IMG/VR virus record: IMGVR_UViG_3300036770_008730
DNA from: a virus
Lineage: Duplodnaviria; Caudoviricetes
DNA length: 64,000 nt
Strand: one strand, 5' to 3'
A program made the translations under genes and the position numbers. This document shows positions 59,301-64,000 of this stretch, piece after piece (the stretch's first letter is position 1; each line of letters opens with the position of its first letter). The notes under the pieces are model-generated. The model had not been told where the DNA came from. It did no database searches and worked only from the letters and a program-made list of their open reading frames with translations.

Positions 59301-60362
59301 CTAGTTTACTTAGATGACTACTCCCCAAACTTCACAACCTATTCACTTGTCACCAAAGGTTATGTAGATTCGGTAGTTGATTCAGTTGGTGCTACTAACG
59401 GATTAACGGAAATTACAACAGGCGTTGTTGCATTAGGGGGTACATTATCACAGAATACTACGATAACTGGTGACTCAACACAATATGAATTGCATTTATC
59501 ATCTTTGACTAATTTCAGAGTTACTGGATATAATGGAGTTTCTAGATTTAGTGGATCAGGAGCTAGTGGATTTGAAGTAAATACTGGAGCAGTTTCATTA
59601 ACCGCATCCTTTGGGGATTTAACACTATCTTCTCCTATTGGATTTACATCTTCTATATCTGGCGGAACTCTTAAATTATATTTTTCTGAACAGTCATTGG
59701 TAACAGATGCATCCGGTGCGTCAGCTGGTTTAGTTTATGATAGTGATTATTCATCAGGATTTGTAAATAATTCACTTATTACTAAAAAATATGTAGATGA
59801 TACTGTATCCGCACTTGGTTCTGGTACTATAGCTGGTGTTACAGCAGGTGCTGGTTTATCTGGTGGTGGTAGTTCAGGGGCAATTACACTTGATGTTGAA
59901 TTGACTAGCAATAAAGGTCTTACTTTCTCGACTTCTGGTGATTCTGGAACTTTAGAAGTTCTTTTAACCACTAATGGTGGTTTAACATTCTCATCTGGTG
60001 GAATAATTCCTTATGTTGATGGTACAACAATAACGGTAAATGGATCTGGTCAATTATCTACAGTGGCTGGTTCATCTCAGCCTGTTTATGACAGATTTAC
60101 CGCGTCTGTTACAACTGGGGATGCTCAATCAACCGGTGTTACATTAACATCTTCTCCTAATGATTATTCAAGAGTTCAGGTCTTTGTTAATGGTCAGTTA
60201 CAAAGATTAGGAGACGGGGTTAATACACTTGATTGTTATTTTGGTTCTTCACCTATAGCATTGAATAGCTTGTCTTCCGGAGATGAATTATATTGGAACG
60301 GATTGATTGCTGGATTTGATTTATCCACCACTGATGTTATTGATATAATTTATGAGGCTTAA
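56322..60362 (+). CDS. modular tail-fibre-like protein B (paralog of A)
   Basis: 1346 aa; shares internal modules and C-terminal domain (DYSR.QVF.NGQ...LYWNG...GFDL..DVI...YE) with A. Confidence 0.7.
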   Translation: MALLDGKQLKDGSISLDKLNGTGLVSFSSGTMSFGTGTFLRTDDSNILTGLDVVNKNYVDAVASGLDAKSPVKMVSATESISLSGGIGTLVIDGITVSAFDRILVAAQAGPNVATTSNGIYIATSSTWYRADDSDGTPLSEVSHGNFVFVTDGTTYEHSGWVLTITDASNPSQILVGTDSQGWVQFSEQTNITAGDGLYYTGQSINVGAGTGLTVSANDISIANTTVSAGSYGQSNAVTTFTVNAQGQLTTAGTTSISINSSQVTDFNTASETAIFTDSNFVDGVTITFSVTSGASVTAEVQSGSLTASKLNSTNNPVQGYVLGYTGSGQFYWLDPTLIGDVTEVIAGNGLTGGGASGSVTLSVNVGNMLEITNDVVEFGGTLSRTTVINGGGFDLFFNGIDNLVFTSSVFDVTADGFVSIDAGTGSVQIVGDDQVTIISTNNDINLSADNYLYITTSASQITTTNLKGLEYDTDYSATFVSNSLVSKQYVDNAVSVINGDFITGVTAGNGLSGGGTSGAITLDVNLGVNSGLTFSGDNIIVEVDGTTIQIVNGVLQGAAQGVLGITAGNGLSGGGTTSYVTLDVNLGVNSGLTFSGDNIIVDTDIAGDGLSISSGVLSVNTANGLTINGDNVEVNQTIAGSGLTFSAGVIDVNVNSDSLEITGDNIRLKDTITGDRTFQDSLIVGGNLTVNGTVSYIYTENLYISDNILTLNATYSSGTPFLNAGIEVLRGASQAASFIWDESLDLWAAGLSGSTSTIITEAGVGLTKSGNTLSIDSSSFASSLAGNGLTSSGSTLNVNVANGLVINSDNVEVADTIAGNGLTFSAGVINVNVANGLIINSDNVEVADTIAGSGLTFSSGVINVNATNGLSIISDSVGLGGTLLQNTTIDANNNQLEIFNLSFGRISGTYGNGQVNELVVSAAGASLNGYTDYDNGNGTSSQVLANTFGEIYLSTYDGLNDNRFIMRPFASPVNDSSTNNYFIVEDNMAQKGLVYLDDYSPNFTTYSLVTKGYVDSVVDSVGATNGLTEITTGVVALGGTLSQNTTITGDSTQYELHLSSLTNFRVTGYNGVSRFSGSGASGFEVNTGAVSLTASFGDLTLSSPIGFTSSISGGTLKLYFSEQSLVTDASGASAGLVYDSDYSSGFVNNSLITKKYVDDTVSALGSGTIAGVTAGAGLSGGGSSGAITLDVELTSNKGLTFSTSGDSGTLEVLLTTNGGLTFSSGGIIPYVDGTTITVNGSGQLSTVAGSSQPVYDRFTASVTTGDAQSTGVTLTSSPNDYSRVQVFVNGQLQRLGDGVNTLDCYFGSSPIALNSLSSGDELYWNGLIAGFDLSTTDVIDIIYEA

Positions 60363-60366
60363 AAAT

Positions 60367-60395
60367 AAAAAGGAGAGAATTTCTCTCCTTTTTTT
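60367..60395. terminator. intrinsic terminator
   Basis: aaaaggagagaa-t-ttctctcctttt hairpin with T-tract. Confidence 0.8.
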
Positions 60396-60425
60396 ATGCT
60401 TCATTTCAAAAAAGAGTATTTCATT

Positions 60426-60435
60426 TTAATATATA
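60426..60435 (+). promoter_or_regulatory. putative late promoter TTAATATATA
   Basis: Upstream of ATG 60464. Confidence 0.55.
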
Positions 60436-60463
60436 CTTTAGAAAAAAATGAATTAAGTCCTTA

Positions 60464-63400
60464 ATGGCTCAAATAAATATTAAACAAATCCGTGGCGCCT
60501 CTCAAGGATCATTGGTTTTTTTAGGAACAAACAGTGTATTAACTGAAGATTTTAATAGATTGAATTGGAATCAATCTCAAAATACACTTTCTATAAATGG
60601 TTCTGTTAAAATTCAAGATGGACTCCAACAAGATGGTTATGTTTTGACATCAGATGTCAATGGATTGGGAAAATGGTCACCGATTATTGCAACAAATGGA
60701 TTATCAAATATAAATGGTCAAATTTATTTAGGAGGCACGGTTGGAACCGGCTCTTATTTATACGGAAATGGTAATGATTTTATATTTGATAATTTTGATA
60801 ATATAATTTTTACTTCTTCTAGTTCATTTGAGATTGATTCTTCTTTTATTCATCTAGATGCTGGTGTTGGTAATATGCAGTTATATGCTGATACTGAAAT
60901 TGAAATATTTTCTTTTCAAGGAGAACTATCATTAGGTTTTAGTTTTTCGTCTGTTACTGATTATTCTGGTTTATCAGCGGGTTTAGTTTACACTGATGAT
61001 TATAGCTCAGGATTTGTTACTCATTCATTGATAACAAAAAAATATTTAGACGATGTTGTAAGTACTCTAAGTGCTAACACATCTGGTACTTCTGGTTCAT
61101 CTGGTACTTCCGGTTCTAGCGGAACCTCTGGTTCTAGTGGAACTTCTGGCTCATCTGGAACATCCGGTTCTAGCGGAACTTCTGGTTCCTCTGGTACTTC
61201 CGGTTCATCTGGTACTTCCGGTTCATCTGGAACATCCGGTTCTAGCGGAACTTCTGGTTCCTCTGGTACTTCCGGTTCATCTGGAACATCCGGTTCTAGC
61301 GGAACTTCCGGTTCATCTGGCACTTCCGGTTCATCTGGTACTTCCGGTTCATCTGGCACTTCTGGCTCATCCGGTTCATCTGGTTCTAGTGGTACTGGAT
61401 TTACTACAATTTCCAATTTCGCTGATAATAGAATACTGACTTCAGATGGAACTTCTAATTCAGCAAATGCTGAATCTAATTTAACATTTGATGGAACAAC
61501 TCTCAGTGTTTTTGGAGACTTAGTAGTAAGTGGAAGTTTTTCAGTTTTTGGATCTTCATCTGTGATTAATACTACAAACCTATCAGTTTCTGACCCAATT
61601 ATTGTACTAGCTGCTAGTCAGTCAGGTTCACCTATAGTAGATTCTGGTGTATTTTTTAATAGGGGTACTGGTCTTACTCAAGCATTTATTTGGGATGAAT
61701 CCAATGATGAGTTTGCACTTATTGGAACAAATAACAATTCGTCTGTAGTAGGTAATATCAATATCAACTCTTACAGTCCATTTAAATCTTCGGATTATAT
61801 AATTATTGGATCTAATACACAATCAACTTCATATTCTCTAACAATTAAGGATAGTAATCTGAGCAACCTGTGGTTTATAAGAAATGATGGTAATGTTGCG
61901 CATGCCTCTGCAGGTTCGGACATAGCTCAATATTGGCTACAGAAACCAACAAGAAATATGGATTATGGATTCTATGTTTCTGGAAATTATACCGTTTCAA
62001 GTTTCGCTGGTACTGGAAAACCGAGAGCGCATTTTTATAGTGTTAATGGTGGATCTTCTGGTGTAGAGGTTGATTTCACTGATAATATTTCTTTTAATAG
62101 AAATGGTATTTCGATAGCTAATACTGGTAATAATACATCAATTAATAAAGGATTGGCTATATCTGTATCTAATGGATCATCAAACATAGGATTTGATACA
62201 AATGGATATAATAAGATAGGAGCTTTAGGAGTTGGTAACCCGAGCGCTAATCTACACATAACTGGGTATAATAACACATCATCTGAATATTCGCTTAAAA
62301 TTGATAATTATGGAACGGTAAGTTTAATAACATCTCCTTTGTTTAATGTTAGGAATGATGGAAATATAGGAATTGGAACTGCTTCCGCTACAACAAAACT
62401 TCACATATTTGCAACTCAATCTGGTGCTTTTAGATTACAAGACGGAACACAAGCAAATGGTTATATACTTGTTTCTGATTCCAATGGTGTCGCTACTTGG
62501 ACAGCTTCTATTCCTGGAACATCCGGTTCATCTGGAACTTCTGGCTCTAGTGGAACATCTGGTTCTAGCGGCACTTCCGGTTCATCTGGAACATCTGGCT
62601 CATCTGGAACATCTGGTTCTAGCGGCACTTCCGGTTCATCTGGTTCATCTGGAACATCTGGTTCTAGTGGCACTTCCGGTTCATCTGGAACTTCTGGCTC
62701 TAGTGGAACATCTGGTTCTAGTGGAACATCTGGTTCATCTGGAACTTCTGGCTCTAGTGGAACATCTGGTTCTAGTGGAACATCTGGTTCATCTGGAACT
62801 TCTGGCTCTAGTGGAACATCTGGTTCTAGTGGTACTTCCGGTTCATCTGGAACTTCTGGCTCTAGTGGAACATCTGGTTCTAGTGGTACTTCCGGTTCAT
62901 CTGGAACTTCTGGCTCTAGTGGAACATCTGGTTCTAGTGGTACATCTGGTTCATCTGGAACTTCTGGCTCTAGTGGAACATCTGGTTCTAGTGGTACTTC
63001 CGGTTCATCTGGAACATCTGGTTCTAGTGGTACATCCGGTTCATCTGGAACATCTGGTTCTAGTGGTACTTCCGGTTCATCTGGAACATCTGGTTCTAGT
63101 GGAACATCCGGTTCATCTGGAACATCTGGCTCTAGTGGAACATCCGGTACTGGATTTAACACAATAACAAATCCGGCTGATAATAGAATATTAACTTCCG
63201 ATGGTGGAACTAATTCAGCGGTTGCTGAATCAAATCTTACGTTTGACGGAAATACTTTGAGTGTTACTGGTGACTTACTAGTATCTGGTGACTTTACAGT
63301 TAATGGAACTGTTTCTTATATCTATACTGAAAATTTATATGTATCTGACAACATACTAACATTAAACGCGACATATTCTTCAGGAACTCCTTTCCTTAAT

Positions 63401-64000
63401 TCTGGTTTAGAGGTATTGAGAGGATCATCTCAGTCTGCAGCTCTCATATGGGATGAATCATTAGATTTATGGACGGCTGGATTATCCGGATCTACATCTG
63501 CTATAATAACAGAAGCTGGCGTAGGATTGACTAAATCTGGAAATACACTTTCTGTTGATACTACCCAAATAGTTTCGACCTTAGCAGGTAATGGTTTAAC
63601 CTCTAATGGTGGATCTTTAGATGTTAATGTTGGTAACGGTTTATCAATAGTTTCTGACATAGTTTATTTGGGTGGAGCACTTTCACAAACTACAACGATT
63701 GATGGAGGATTATTCGACTTAGCACTGTCAAACGCGACAAATTTCACAGTTGGTGTCACAAATTCAGGAAATATCTCATTGGATGCTACTGATGATGGTG
63801 TGAATTATGGTTCATTAGATATTACAAGTGCGTCATCTCAATTAGAAGTTTCTTTTGGTGGAAGTGTTTCCTTAATCTATGCGGGATTTGATCAAATATT
63901 TTTGGAGACTAGTGATGGAATTAGCACATACGCTAATTTTAAGATGTTTCAACCAGGAAATACACAACCAGCTAATGATGGTTCGGTAGGAAATTCAATG
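60464..64000 (+). CDS. modular tail-fibre-like protein C with Gly-X-Y (GTS/GSS) tracts, runs off window end
   Basis: MAQINIKQIRGASQG...; same frame checked at the start, both repeat tracts and the window end (about 1179 codons, not every codon read); absent from the ORF track, presumably because it has no stop; shares modules with A and B. Confidence 0.85.
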   Translation, partial: MAQINIKQIRGASQGSLVFLGTNSVLTEDFNRLNWNQSQNTLSINGSVKIQDGLQQDGYVLTSDVNGLGKWSPIIATNGLSNINGQIYLGGTVGTGSYLYGNGNDFIFDNFDNIIFTSSSSFEIDSSFIHLDAGVGNMQLYADTEIEIFSFQGELSLGFSFSSVTDYSGLSAGLVYTDDYSSGFVTHSLITKKYLDDVVSTLSANTSGTSGSSGTSGSSGTSGSSGTSGSSGTSGSSGTSGSSGTSGSSGTSGSSGTSGSSGTSGSSGTSGSSGTSGSSGTSGSSGTSGSSGTSGSSGTSGSSGSSGSSGTGFTTISNFADNRILTSDGTSNSANAESNLTFDGTTLSVFGDLVVSGSFSVFGSSSVINTTNLSVSDPIIVLAASQSGSPIVDSGVFFNRGTGLTQAFIWDESNDEFALIGTNNNSSVVGNININSYSPFKSSDYIIIGSNTQSTSYSLTIKDSNLSNLWFIRNDGNVAHASAGSDIAQYWLQKPTRNMDYGFYVSGNYTVSSFAGTGKPRAHFYSVNGGSSGVEVDFTDNISFNRNGISIANTGNNTSINKGLAISVSNGSSNIGFDTNGYNKIGALGVGNPSANLHITGYNNTSSEYSLKIDNYGTVSLITSPLFNVRNDGNIGIGTASATTKLHIFATQSGAFRLQDGTQANGYILVSDSNGVATWTASIPGTSGSSGTSGSSGTSGSSGTSGSSGTSGSSGTSGSSGTSGSSGSSGTSGSSGTSGSSGTSGSSGTSGSSGTSGSSGTSGSSGTSGSSGTSGSSGTSGSSGTSGSSGTSGSSGTSGSSGTSGSSGTSGSSGTSGSSGTSGSSGTSGSSGTSGSSGTSGSSGTSGSSGTSGSSGTSGSSGTSGSSGTSGSSGTSGSSGTSGSSGTSGSSGTSGTGFNTITNPADNRILTSDGGTNSAVAESNLTFDGNTLSVTGDLLVSGDFTVNGTVSYIYTENLYVSDNILTLNATYSSGTPFLNSGLEVLRGSSQSAALIWDESLDLWTAGLSGSTSAIITEAGVGLTKSGNTLSVDTTQIVSTLAGNGLTSNGGSLDVNVGNGLSIVSDIVYLGGALSQTTTIDGGLFDLALSNATNFTVGVTNSGNISLDATDDGVNYGSLDITSASSQLEVSFGGSVSLIYAGFDQIFLETSDGISTYANFKMFQPGNTQPANDGSVGNSM
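61085..61393 (+). repeat. Gly-X-Y tract 1, about 34 triplets of GTS/GSS
   Basis: Degenerate 18-bp unit such as tctggtacttccggttca. Confidence 0.9.
62516..63148 (+). repeat. Gly-X-Y tract 2, about 70 triplets of GTS/GSS
   Basis: Degenerate 18-bp unit such as ggaacatctggttctagt. Confidence 0.9.

Noticed and set aside
53713-59971. Antisense ORFs 53713..54270, 55768..55950, 56216..56485, 57314..57541, 57746..58186, 58415..59002, 59747..59971
   Set aside because: Antisense shadows of Gly/Ser/Thr-rich fibre genes with no independent motifs or start context
61085-63148. Repeat tracts as CRISPR arrays
   Set aside because: Degenerate 9/18-bp coding repeats with no unique spacers and no cas genes
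61021-63167. Track ORFs 61021..61416(-), 61071..61439(+), 62373..63167(+), 62461..63162(-) with EPDVP or LVHL repeats
   Set aside because: Shadow frames of the GTS/GSS repeat, which lacks stops in several frames; the real gene is the 60464 frame, continuous with flanking fibre modules
1-64000. Stop-codon reassignment as in some huge phages
   Set aside because: Conserved genes (UvsW, primase, ClpP, PPK2, endolysin) are full length in the standard code, and both TAG and TGA are used as apparent true stops
1-64000. tRNA, rRNA or structured ncRNA genes
   Set aside because: Intergenic gaps are short and AT-rich; no cloverleaf or T-loop signature seen by eye (a tRNAscan/Infernal run would be decisive)

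Overview
AT-rich, gene-dense, standard-code segment of a very large T4-like (myovirus-type) bacteriophage genome. The host is most likely Bacteroidota (inferred from no Shine-Dalgarno sites, TAnnTTTG promoter boxes, a DSTA-type lipoprotein and DUF6576-like motifs). It holds a baseplate cluster (gp53/LysM-like, gp5 OB-fold spike with a C-terminal YkuD-like domain, PKD-hub, C39-like peptidase), scattered replication genes (UvsW, primase, C-terminal half of a split family-B polymerase, clamp-like, UvsY-like, HNH), and a PG-binding/GH19 endolysin. From 41.6 kb to the end is a run of long modular fibre/adhesin genes, including an ORF missing from the supplied track (60464 to >64000) with two Gly-X-Y (GTS/GSS) tracts. 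Host-like enzymes include FKBP PPIase, ClpP, PPK2, DHH, HAD, Nudix-like, SET-domain, amidoligase-like, zincin and WYL proteins. The main unexplained structure is: (i) a shared N-terminal peptide on about 16 unrelated proteins resembling the T4 capsid-targeting sequence, mostly behind a recurrent TAATATATA putative late promoter, suggesting a large packaged/injected enzyme cargo; (ii) a different shared C-terminal R[DN]xK[IL]xx[IL][LI] motif on small proteins; (iii) an in-frame A_AAA_AAG slippery site with a 76-codon -1-frame extension ending inside a terminator. No tRNA, rRNA or CRISPR array was seen. All family calls come from motif recognition by eye, without database searches.
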